From: Terriglobia bacterium
GTDB taxonomy: Bacteria > Acidobacteriota > Terriglobia > 20CM-2-55-15
NCBI GenBank assembly: GCA_965218585.1
Contig: CBDCLE010000001.1
Coordinates: forward strand, 96,001 to 160,000
DNA length: 64,000 nt
Direction: 5' to 3'
The stretch's first letter is position 1. Every line of letters starts with the position of its first letter. Below, piece by piece: positions 56,231-64,000 of this stretch. Made by a program: the position numbers and the translations under genes. The notes below the pieces were generated by a model. The model ran no database searches. It saw only the letters and a program-made list of their open reading frames with translations, and was not told the origin of the DNA.

Positions 56231-58135
56231 ATGAGTTTACGATGGACCCCTATCCTGATCCTCGCTGTCACGTTGACAGCCTTGAACCCCGGATCAGGTC
56301 AGGCGCAAAATTTCGATTGGCCGATGTACAACTTCGACCTTTCCGGTACTCGGCATTCCCCTCTAAGGGAAATCAATACGGGCAACGTCGGAGACCTGGA
56401 GCAAGTCTGGTCTTTTAACATCGGCCGGGCCGCCAGCACGGGCGGACTGACGGGAGGTTCAGAGGTGACTCCCATCGTCGTGGATGGCGTGATGTTCCTG
56501 CCAATGGCAGATTCTGTCGTTGCGCTGGATGCGGAAACCGGGGACGAGGTATGGACGTACCAGATGTCGATCGATGAGCCGCCCTCGCGTCGCGGAGTGG
56601 CTTACTGGGGCGGCGATGGCGATGCTGCTGCCCGGATCTACGTGACTTCGGGGAGCCGACTGATCGGGCTGAGTGCATTCACGGGCGAACCCACCGCAAA
56701 TTTTGGTGACGGTGGCATCGTGGATATGGTCCAGGCCTACAACGGCGTTCCCGCCGTTTTCGAAAACCGCATGCTCGTGGGCACCAACGGTGTTCCGGGA
56801 GCGGTCCGCACCTTTGATGCCGTCACCGGAGATCTGGTCTGGGAATTCCGTTCTGTTCCGCAGCCGGGTGAGTTCGGAAACGATACCTGGGAAAACGAGA
56901 GTTGGCGGGATCGGACGGGCACCTATGCTTGGGCTTTTGCTCCGACCATGGACCTTGAGAGAGGTATATACTACGCGCCGTTCGAGACGGCGGGACCTAT
57001 CGATTACTGGGGCGGGGACCGCCATGGCGACAACCTGTTCGCAGGTTCGATCGTGGCGCTGGACATTCGAACCGGAGAACGCTTGTGGCATTTCCAGCAT
57101 GTGCACCACGATCTCTGGGATTACGACCTGCCGTCGTCTCCCACGCTCCTCGATGTGATCGTCGATGGAGAAGTCGTCCCGATTCTCGCGCAGACCGCCA
57201 AGACCGGCTACATGTACATCCTGAATCGAGTGACGGGTGAACCTGTATTCGGCATCGAGGAAGTTCCGATGCCCCCGACATCGGTTCCCGAAGACCTGGC
57301 TTCTCTGACGCAGCCGATTCCGGTGAAACCGCCACCATTGGCGCGGGTCAGCTACAGTCCCGAAGATCTCGTGACGGCCGAGGACACCAACGCCGAGCAT
57401 GCTGCTTTCTGTGCGGAGTTGGTGGAACGCAGCGGAGGGTTCTATAACGTAGGGCCGTTCACGCCATACGTGTTTCGCGAAGACGGCGCACCCCCTTATT
57501 CCACCGTCATTTTCCCCGGTTCGGTCGGTGGAGCCAACTGGGGAGGTAATACTGCAGATCCTGGACTGGGTTACGTCATCGTTAACACGATGAGTGAAGC
57601 CAGCTTTGGGTGGATTGAAAGGAGTCCCGAAGGCGCTCGCGTGCCCTATCGGCGGAACAGCATCGTCGGCCGGACTTCACGGTTCCAGTGGTTCGACAAT
57701 ACGCCCGACTCGGGCGGCAACATCGTCGGGGCAGGGGAGATGGGCTGGCCGTGCCAGAAGCCACCCTGGGGTGAACTCGTTGCTGTCGATGCCAACACAG
57801 GCGACATCGCGTGGAGAGTTCCGCTGGGTATCACCGAGGAGCTCGAAGGCGATAAGCAGAAGACGGGCCGATTGAATTTCGGTGGTCCGATGTCTACCGC
57901 GGGCGGCCTCGTGTTCATCGGGGCCAGTAACGACCGGCGCTTCCGGGCGTTCGACACCCGCACAGGAGAAGAACTCTGGACCCAGTCTCTTGTGATGAGT
58001 GCCCACGCTGTTCCGATCTCCTACGCCGTTAACGGCAAACAGTACGTGGCCGTTGTCGCCGGCGGGCAACGAGGCGACGTGGATGACCCCGGCCCGGAAG
58101 GGGCCGAGGCGGTCGTCGTTTTCGCACTGCCCTAA
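56231..58135 (+). CDS. Soluble periplasmic PQQ-dependent dehydrogenase, paralog 2
   Basis: Colinear with 48732-50636; WHFQHVHHDLWDYD. Confidence 0.9.
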   Translation: MSLRWTPILILAVTLTALNPGSGQAQNFDWPMYNFDLSGTRHSPLREINTGNVGDLEQVWSFNIGRAASTGGLTGGSEVTPIVVDGVMFLPMADSVVALDAETGDEVWTYQMSIDEPPSRRGVAYWGGDGDAAARIYVTSGSRLIGLSAFTGEPTANFGDGGIVDMVQAYNGVPAVFENRMLVGTNGVPGAVRTFDAVTGDLVWEFRSVPQPGEFGNDTWENESWRDRTGTYAWAFAPTMDLERGIYYAPFETAGPIDYWGGDRHGDNLFAGSIVALDIRTGERLWHFQHVHHDLWDYDLPSSPTLLDVIVDGEVVPILAQTAKTGYMYILNRVTGEPVFGIEEVPMPPTSVPEDLASLTQPIPVKPPPLARVSYSPEDLVTAEDTNAEHAAFCAELVERSGGFYNVGPFTPYVFREDGAPPYSTVIFPGSVGGANWGGNTADPGLGYVIVNTMSEASFGWIERSPEGARVPYRRNSIVGRTSRFQWFDNTPDSGGNIVGAGEMGWPCQKPPWGELVAVDANTGDIAWRVPLGITEELEGDKQKTGRLNFGGPMSTAGGLVFIGASNDRRFRAFDTRTGEELWTQSLVMSAHAVPISYAVNGKQYVAVVAGGQRGDVDDPGPEGAEAVVVFALP

Positions 58136-58193
58136 CTACCGGACTCAGAAGAGGGAGAGACGTCGTCTCTCCCTTTTTCTTTGGAACACCTTT

Positions 58194-59228
58194 ATGGGCG
58201 CGACTCTCTTCCCAACATCCCTGGTCGGATCGTACGCGCAACCGGATTGGTTGATCGATCGCGAGAAGCTGGCCGGACGTTTCCCTCCCCGGGTCCGAGC
58301 CTCTGAGCTCTGGCGTGTGGATCCGAAGTGGCTTGAAGAGGCTCAGGACGATGCGACGCTGCTGGCGATCCGTGACCAGGAACGTGCGGGCCTCGACATC
58401 ATCACGGACGGCGAGATGCGGCGGGAAAGCTACTCGAACCGTTTTGCAACAGCGTTGGAAGGCGTCGACATAGATAATCCGGGGACTGCTCTCGACAGAA
58501 GAGGCCATCCCAATCCTGTCCCCCGAGTGACGGGGAAGATCCGAAGAAAGCATCCTGTCCAGCTTCGTGACGTTCGATTCTTGAGAGCCAATACTGATCG
58601 CATGGTGAAAGCGACCGTGCCCGGTCCGTTTACGATGTCGCAGCAGGCCCAGAACGACTTCTACCCAAGCAAAGAAGAAATGTCCCTGGATTATGCCGCT
58701 GCCGTGAACGAAGAGATCAATGATCTTTTCGAAAGCGGTGCCGACGTGGTCCAGATTGACGATCCTTACATGCAGGCCCGTCCGGACGAGGCCCGTGAGT
58801 ATGGTCTGAGCGCGCTCAATCGAGCCCTGGACGGTGTGAAGGGGAAGACGGCGGTCCATCTCTGCTTTGGCTATGCGGCGATCATCCATGAGAGGCCGGA
58901 AGGTTATTCTTTTCTACCGGAGCTGGCCGGGGCGAGGGCAGATCAGATCTCGATCGAAACGGCGCAGTCTTCTCTGGACTGCAAGGTCCTGCGGACCCTC
59001 CCAGAAAAGACGATCATCCTGGGAGTGATTGATCTTTCGACCCAGGAAGTTGAAACGCCTGAGGTTGTCCGAGGACGCATCCGCCGGGCTTTGCCTTACG
59101 TGGACAGCGACCGCCTCATCGTGGCTCCGGATTGTGGAATGAAGTATCTGGGGCGAGCATCCGCTTTTGCGAAGATGCAGGCGATGGTCGCCGGTCGGAA
59201 CCTTGTCCGGTCCGAACTGGGCGGCTAG
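58194..59228 (+). CDS. Cobalamin-independent methionine synthase II family (single-domain MetE-like)
   Basis: TSLVGSY, TDGEMRRESY, VHLCFGY, APDCGM (Zn ligands H/C/C). Confidence 0.88.
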   Translation: MGATLFPTSLVGSYAQPDWLIDREKLAGRFPPRVRASELWRVDPKWLEEAQDDATLLAIRDQERAGLDIITDGEMRRESYSNRFATALEGVDIDNPGTALDRRGHPNPVPRVTGKIRRKHPVQLRDVRFLRANTDRMVKATVPGPFTMSQQAQNDFYPSKEEMSLDYAAAVNEEINDLFESGADVVQIDDPYMQARPDEAREYGLSALNRALDGVKGKTAVHLCFGYAAIIHERPEGYSFLPELAGARADQISIETAQSSLDCKVLRTLPEKTIILGVIDLSTQEVETPEVVRGRIRRALPYVDSDRLIVAPDCGMKYLGRASAFAKMQAMVAGRNLVRSELGG

Positions 59229-59245
59229 ATTCAGGACACTGGAAT

Positions 59246-60214
59246 CTACTCTGGAGGCGCGACGTTGTATCGTCGCGCGCGCTCCAGGATTTCCTCGTTG
59301 CGGGTGATCTGTCGGCCGATCTCACGTGGCAACTGATTTTGTCCCACGGTTTCCGCCATAGTTCCCGTCGTCTTCAACTCTTCGAGCGCGTTGTGCATAG
59401 CTCCCCGTGCGATGTTCTGCAGGAAGTTTGCGTACAGGGCAATCGTGACGCCGGCGTCGGCAGCGGCCGACATGGGTGTGTTAGCCCCCATTGGACCCAT
59501 CATCGCCGTATCGATCGCGTTTACCGCGCGGCCATAGTCGGCCAGCCCCAGGCCCGCAAGGAACAATGCCTCGGCACCCGCTTCGGCATAGGCCGCTCCC
59601 CGGTCGAATGCTTCCGTCTCAGATCTTCCCGCAGCTAGCGCATCCGAGCGGGCGACGATCACCATATCGGAACGCGCGTCGACGGCGGCTCGAATCCGGT
59701 CCACCATCTCCCCCGTCGGAATGACATCGGCGCTCTGGCCGATTCTTTTGGCCCGAATCCGATCCTCGAACATTACGGCTCCGACTCCGGCTCGTTCGAA
59801 CTCACGCGTGGTGCGGTACACGGTGAGCGGACTGCCTCCTCCGTTATCAGCGTCGGCCAGCATCGGAATGTCGATCTGGTCCACGGCGCGCGAGGCGTAC
59901 TCGATGAGTTCGGTAAAAGAGGTCAGGCCCCAATCCGGATAACCGTTCTCGATGCCGGCCGCTGTCCCGCCCACGAATACGGAAGGGAAGCCCGCGATAT
60001 CGACCAGGCGCGCCGATTGGCCATCGTAGACGGCGATGCATTCGAACGGAGCGTTTCTGCCAAGCAGCTGGCGAAACCGGCCGCCCATCGATGTTGCCCG
60101 GTCCGCTTGAGGATGCGGTCCGAAACGGGCCTCTGAGATGCGTGGAATGGCGGCTATCGCCGCAGCGATTCCACTCAATTGAATGAAGTCTCGCCTGCTT
60201 TTCTTCTGACTCAT
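59246..60214 (-). CDS. Isocitrate lyase/PEP mutase superfamily protein with Tat signal
   Basis: SRRDFI leader; YDGQSAR, ADADNGGG, FED, ARSDA, AYAEAGAE. Confidence 0.85.
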   Translation of the reverse strand: MSQKKSRRDFIQLSGIAAAIAAIPRISEARFGPHPQADRATSMGGRFRQLLGRNAPFECIAVYDGQSARLVDIAGFPSVFVGGTAAGIENGYPDWGLTSFTELIEYASRAVDQIDIPMLADADNGGGSPLTVYRTTREFERAGVGAVMFEDRIRAKRIGQSADVIPTGEMVDRIRAAVDARSDMVIVARSDALAAGRSETEAFDRGAAYAEAGAEALFLAGLGLADYGRAVNAIDTAMMGPMGANTPMSAAADAGVTIALYANFLQNIARGAMHNALEELKTTGTMAETVGQNQLPREIGRQITRNEEILERARRYNVAPPE

Positions 60215-60216
60215 GG

Positions 60217-61017
60217 TTACGGTCCCTCCGTTAATAAGAGATGTGCCTCGACCTCAAGCCGGACCATCCTAACATGGCTCCTGCCCGCTTCATCCAGGGG
60301 GACAGTTTCCAGATATGCGTCGACGCATTCAGCGACAAACCTGTCCCGGAGTTCCTCAGGGACCTGTTGTGTATAAGGGATCCACGTCGTCCGGATCCAT
60401 CCCGCCAGGCCGTCGCGGCCGGGATGGGTCATGTCCTTTTCGACAAGATCTAAATGTGTCGCTGTGAAACCTGCTTGAGCCAGCCAGTGTTCATAGTCTG
60501 TTGTCGAATAGAAGTAGTACGGGAAGGTAAAACTCTCGAAGTAGTTCGTCCATGGTTCACTTTGGACGATCTCCTCTATTACTGCGGCAACGCCTGACGC
60601 ATTTCCTTCTCCTCCACACGAAACAATCAGTCTGCCTGCCGGTCCGAGGAGGCGAGCAACTCCTTCGAGAAACGCCGTGTGGTCGTCCACCCAGTGGAGT
60701 GCGGCGTTAGAGAACACGACGTCAAACCTTCGATCGGAGGCCAGGTTGCGAGCATCCATCTGTTCGAAGCGAAGATTGGAAAAAGCTTCGGGCGGATAGT
60801 GCTCCGTGGCGTACCGAACGAAGGCCGAACTGCGATCGATTCCGAGAACGAAACCCTCAGGTACGGCTTCGGCAAGTTCGGACGTTACGCCTCCGTTTCC
60901 ACACCCAACGTCCAGGACCGTTTCATTTCCAGAGAGTTGAAGACGGGAAATGAGTTCTCGTGCCCATTCCATCTGGGCACGGGAATTTCGGGCGTAGTCT
61001 TCAGGGTTCCACTCCAC
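60217..61017 (-). CDS. SAM methyltransferase (trans-aconitate methyltransferase-like)
   Basis: WNPEDY, LDVGCGNG, FSNAALHWV, MVRLEV. Confidence 0.85.
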   Translation of the reverse strand: MEWNPEDYARNSRAQMEWARELISRLQLSGNETVLDVGCGNGGVTSELAEAVPEGFVLGIDRSSAFVRYATEHYPPEAFSNLRFEQMDARNLASDRRFDVVFSNAALHWVDDHTAFLEGVARLLGPAGRLIVSCGGEGNASGVAAVIEEIVQSEPWTNYFESFTFPYYFYSTTDYEHWLAQAGFTATHLDLVEKDMTHPGRDGLAGWIRTTWIPYTQQVPEELRDRFVAECVDAYLETVPLDEAGRSHVRMVRLEVEAHLLLTEGP

Positions 61018-61032
61018 GTTGCGAGATTATGG

Positions 61033-61122
61033 AAAAAGTGGGGACAGGTCACTCTTTTTGCGTTTCCCTCGGACACCAACCAGATCCCGTCGGGCAAAAA
61101 GAGTGACCTGTCCCCACTTTTT
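61033..61122. repeat. REP/MITE-like perfect 29-bp inverted repeat
   Basis: AAAAAGTGGGGACAGGTCACTCTTTTTGC (61033-61061) and its exact reverse complement (61094-61122). Confidence 0.85.
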
Positions 61123-61223
61123 GTGTGGCCCGTGACCCTGCCATATTCCCATCCGAGGTTGACGCAAGTTATACTCGACGACTGCGTTACACGTCGTATT
61201 CGTAGTGTGTTGGGAGAGTCCAG

Positions 61224-62303
61224 GTGTCCCGTTACGAGAAGGCCGAAGCCACTCTGCTCCGTTACAAACTCGACAAGCCCGTTGGTGGATCGGGAGTGTC
61301 CGCGATTGACGTCGTGCTGGTCGAACTGAGGGACTCGGACGGCGCGACCGGTCTGGGCTTCAGCTATGTGATTGGTGGTGTAGGCGGCGAGATTGTTCTG
61401 GCTGCCGCACGTTCCCAGTTGGAGAGACTCGTCGAAAACCACCCCGTGGTGGGGCCTCCCTCACTGTGGCAGACGATTGCAGCCAGCTTCAACAGAATGG
61501 GTTTAGGTCCCAACATGCTGGCACTTGCTGCTATCGACGTCGCTGCCTGGGATCTGGAGGCGAATCGCCGGGGTGTGCCTCTGGTTGTTGCGATGGGAGG
61601 AGTCTCTCGAGCGGTACCTGTTTACGGGAGCGGGGGTTTTACGGCCAACCAGACGCCGGAGGAAGCGGCCGAGACGGCGGCGGCACATGCGGCGCGCGGA
61701 CTTTCAGCCGTTAAACCAAGGGTCCGCGGTGAGTCCCGAGACGCGGGATTGATGGCTGCCGTCAGGGATGTGCTTCCCGATGACGTCGGCATGATGTTTG
61801 ACGCCAACGAGAAGTGCGACCTTCCTCGGGCGCGTCGACTCCTGGCCTCTGCCCGTGACCATGGAGCTCTGTTTGTTGAAGAGCCTCTGCCGGCGGACTC
61901 GGTAGAGGATTACCGTTCGTTAACAGAATCCGGTGGGGCGATTGTTGCCGGGGGCGAGCACCTGCAGGGGCGAGCCGCGTTTTTCTTTTTCGTTTCAGAG
62001 CACCTGCTGGGACTCGTTCAGCCTGACCTGGCCATGGCAGGGGGGCTTACGCCGGCGTTGGAGATCGCGGCCCTGGCCGATACCTTCAACGTGTCGATGT
62101 CCCCGCATTTCCTGCCTGGACTCTTTGTTCACGTTGCGGGTGTTTCGCCGGCCGTCACCTGGCTCGAAGAATTTCCCTTGCTGGAGCCCTTGTTTGAGGG
62201 TTGGCCTCGGCTGGGGCCCGATGGTTCGATGGAACCAAGGGATGTTCCCGGGCACGGATTGCGGGTAGAAGAAGATATCCGACAGAAGTTTGCGGCGTCC
62301 TAA
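61224..62303 (+). CDS. Mandelate racemase/muconate lactonizing enzyme (enolase superfamily)
   Basis: AIDVAAWDL, FDANE, EEPL, GGEH, QPD, PH. Confidence 0.9.
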   Translation: MSRYEKAEATLLRYKLDKPVGGSGVSAIDVVLVELRDSDGATGLGFSYVIGGVGGEIVLAAARSQLERLVENHPVVGPPSLWQTIAASFNRMGLGPNMLALAAIDVAAWDLEANRRGVPLVVAMGGVSRAVPVYGSGGFTANQTPEEAAETAAAHAARGLSAVKPRVRGESRDAGLMAAVRDVLPDDVGMMFDANEKCDLPRARRLLASARDHGALFVEEPLPADSVEDYRSLTESGGAIVAGGEHLQGRAAFFFFVSEHLLGLVQPDLAMAGGLTPALEIAALADTFNVSMSPHFLPGLFVHVAGVSPAVTWLEEFPLLEPLFEGWPRLGPDGSMEPRDVPGHGLRVEEDIRQKFAAS

Positions 62304-62386
62304 TGTATTATTTTCTCCCTGCGGTGTGACAGAGCAAAGGGTACCGCGACCCCTGAGAGGTGGGCCTGCGGTTGGGTGATTAAAAT

Positions 62387-63268
62387 ATGGCAAATCTTGG
62401 GTATGTAGGCTTGGGTGAGATGGGTGCCCTTATGGCGAAGCGGTTGATGGACAAGGGGCACACCGTGACAGGTTACAATCGGACAAAGTCAAGGGCCCAG
62501 TGGCTGATCGACGAGGGCATGGGTTGGGCCGATTCTCCGCGCGAAGTTTGTGAAGCTGCTGACGTAACGTTCTCGATGGTCAGCAATTCAAAGGCTCTTA
62601 CAGAAGTTGTCGATGGGCCGGACGGCTGGTTGGCAGGAGTCCGCGACGGCAAGATGCTCGTCGAGATGAGCACTGTCAGCCCCGCGGTGAGCATGGCCAT
62701 AGCCGAGCGTGTTCGAGAGAAGGGTGGGGATATGGTCGATTCACCCGTGTCGGGCAGCTTGAGTACGCTCAAGGAGGGAAAGCTCACGATGATGGTCGGG
62801 GGAAACCCCGAGACCTTCGAGAAGATAAAGCCCATCCTGGCTGACATTGGGCCACGGGCGACGTACATGGGTGCAAATGGTCGCGGGCTGGTCATGAAAC
62901 TCGCGACAAACATCAGCGTTGCGGTGCAGATTCTGGCCTTCTCCGAAGGTGTCCTGCTTGCAGAGAAGCACGGCATCGATCGGGAGACGGCGCTGGAGGT
63001 TTTCACCCACAGTGTGCTGGGATCACCGCTGGTGAAATACCGGGCTCCATTTTTTATGGAGATGCCGGAAAAAGCCTGGCACAACGTGAATATGATGCAG
63101 AAGGATCTGCTTCTTGCGCTGGAAATCGGGCGTGAAGTCGACGCCATGCTGCCGACGACAACGGCAGCGAACGACTTTATGACGGTTGCAAGGGGCATGG
63201 GTTTCGCCGATCAGGATTTCGCCGTCGTTTTTAAGGCGTTACAAAGAATGTCTGGAGTTACCGAATGA
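62387..63268 (+). CDS. NAD(P)-dependent beta-hydroxyacid dehydrogenase (3-hydroxyisobutyrate DH family)
   Basis: GLGEMG, EMSTVSP, DSPVSG, MKLATN, KDL. Confidence 0.92.
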   Translation: MANLGYVGLGEMGALMAKRLMDKGHTVTGYNRTKSRAQWLIDEGMGWADSPREVCEAADVTFSMVSNSKALTEVVDGPDGWLAGVRDGKMLVEMSTVSPAVSMAIAERVREKGGDMVDSPVSGSLSTLKEGKLTMMVGGNPETFEKIKPILADIGPRATYMGANGRGLVMKLATNISVAVQILAFSEGVLLAEKHGIDRETALEVFTHSVLGSPLVKYRAPFFMEMPEKAWHNVNMMQKDLLLALEIGREVDAMLPTTTAANDFMTVARGMGFADQDFAVVFKALQRMSGVTE

Positions 63269-64000
63269 CAAAATCTGCAAGTTCCCACACCGATGTTGAA
63301 ATCGAGCAATGGCTCCGAATGTATCGGACTATGCAAAAAATCCGATGCTTTGAGGATGCGGCCAACGAACTCTATACCTCGGCGATCATGCCGGGGTTGA
63401 CACATCTCTATTCGGGTGAGGAAGCGATCGCTGTAGGTGTGTGTGAAGCGCTTCGCAAGGACGATTACGTCACCAGCACGCACCGTGGACATGGACATTG
63501 CGTTGCAAAGGGAGCGGCCCTGGATCGCATGTTTGCTGAACTCCTGGGCAAGCGGGCCGGCTACTGCAAGGGCAAGGGCGGGTCGATGCACATTGCCGAT
63601 CCCGAGACGGGCAACCTGGGCGCCAATGCCATTGTCGGTGGAAGTGCCGGCATTGCCACGGGTGCAGCGTTCTCAGCCAAGCGGCTCGGCACGGATCAGG
63701 TGGCGGTCTGCTTCTTCGGCGACGGCGCACTTGGACAGGGATTGCTTTACGAGGTCATGAACATGGCCGCCCTCTGGAAGCTGCCCGTGATCTACGTCTG
63801 CGAGAACAATCTGTACAACGAGTACACGCACAATTCGGAAACCCTCGCCGGTGACATCGTCGAACGCGGTGCGGCGTTCGGGGTTCCCGGTCATCATGTG
63901 GATGGCCAGGACGTACGCGCCGTTCACGACATTACGGCCGGTCTTGTGGGCCGAGCCCGCAATGGAGAGGGGCCGTCCTACCTTGTTGCCGATACCTATC
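63265..64000 (+). CDS. TPP-dependent dehydrogenase E1 alpha subunit (acetoin/pyruvate DH type), 3'-partial
   Basis: HLYSGEEA, STHRGHGH, GKGGSMH, FGDGA, CENN; ATGA overlap with the upstream gene. Confidence 0.92.
   Translation, partial: MTKSASSHTDVEIEQWLRMYRTMQKIRCFEDAANELYTSAIMPGLTHLYSGEEAIAVGVCEALRKDDYVTSTHRGHGHCVAKGAALDRMFAELLGKRAGYCKGKGGSMHIADPETGNLGANAIVGGSAGIATGAAFSAKRLGTDQVAVCFFGDGALGQGLLYEVMNMAALWKLPVIYVCENNLYNEYTHNSETLAGDIVERGAAFGVPGHHVDGQDVRAVHDITAGLVGRARNGEGPSYLVADTY

Noticed and set aside
48732-58135. PQQ proteins as methanol/ethanol dehydrogenases (xoxF/mxaF/exaA)
   Set aside because: They lack the adjacent Cys-Cys motif; HHDLWD(F/Y)D and PPWG indicate the glucose/quinate dehydrogenase-like branch.

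Overview
GC-rich bacterial chromosomal window. The gene content (DUF1592/DUF1552/ankyrin operon, DUF6152, soluble PQQ dehydrogenases, a kinase C-terminal fragment) resembles Acidobacteriota; this is inference only. 1-11 kb: housekeeping and accessory genes (PEBP, methyltransferase, F420-type nitroreductase, hflKC) plus a tight operon of a secreted Fam20/PI3K-like kinase, a secreted Shewanella-like phosphatase and an NTT/TLC-type nucleotide translocase with HEAT repeats. 11-30 kb: a heavily IS-damaged zone (IS1380, IS256, IS21 x2, IS5, IS701, IS3, IS1182, a group II intron remnant) with remnants of defence/repair genes (SIR2, HerA, xth, SbcCD-like). 30-36 kb: intact addAB-like genes. 37-58 kb: periplasmic redox and secreted-protein genes. 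58-64 kb: catabolic genes. Two best candidates for undescribed systems: (1) a ~37-bp 11-6-11 dyad site with an invariant ATCATC core, found five times in the same orientation, four copies bracketing single-gene segments (43.9-46.4 kb) like a non-integron cassette array; (2) the putative extracytoplasmic kinase/phosphatase/ATP-translocase operon. Many single-base frameshifts may be assembly errors, so pseudogene calls are uncertain. All family calls come from motif recognition by eye; no database searches were run.
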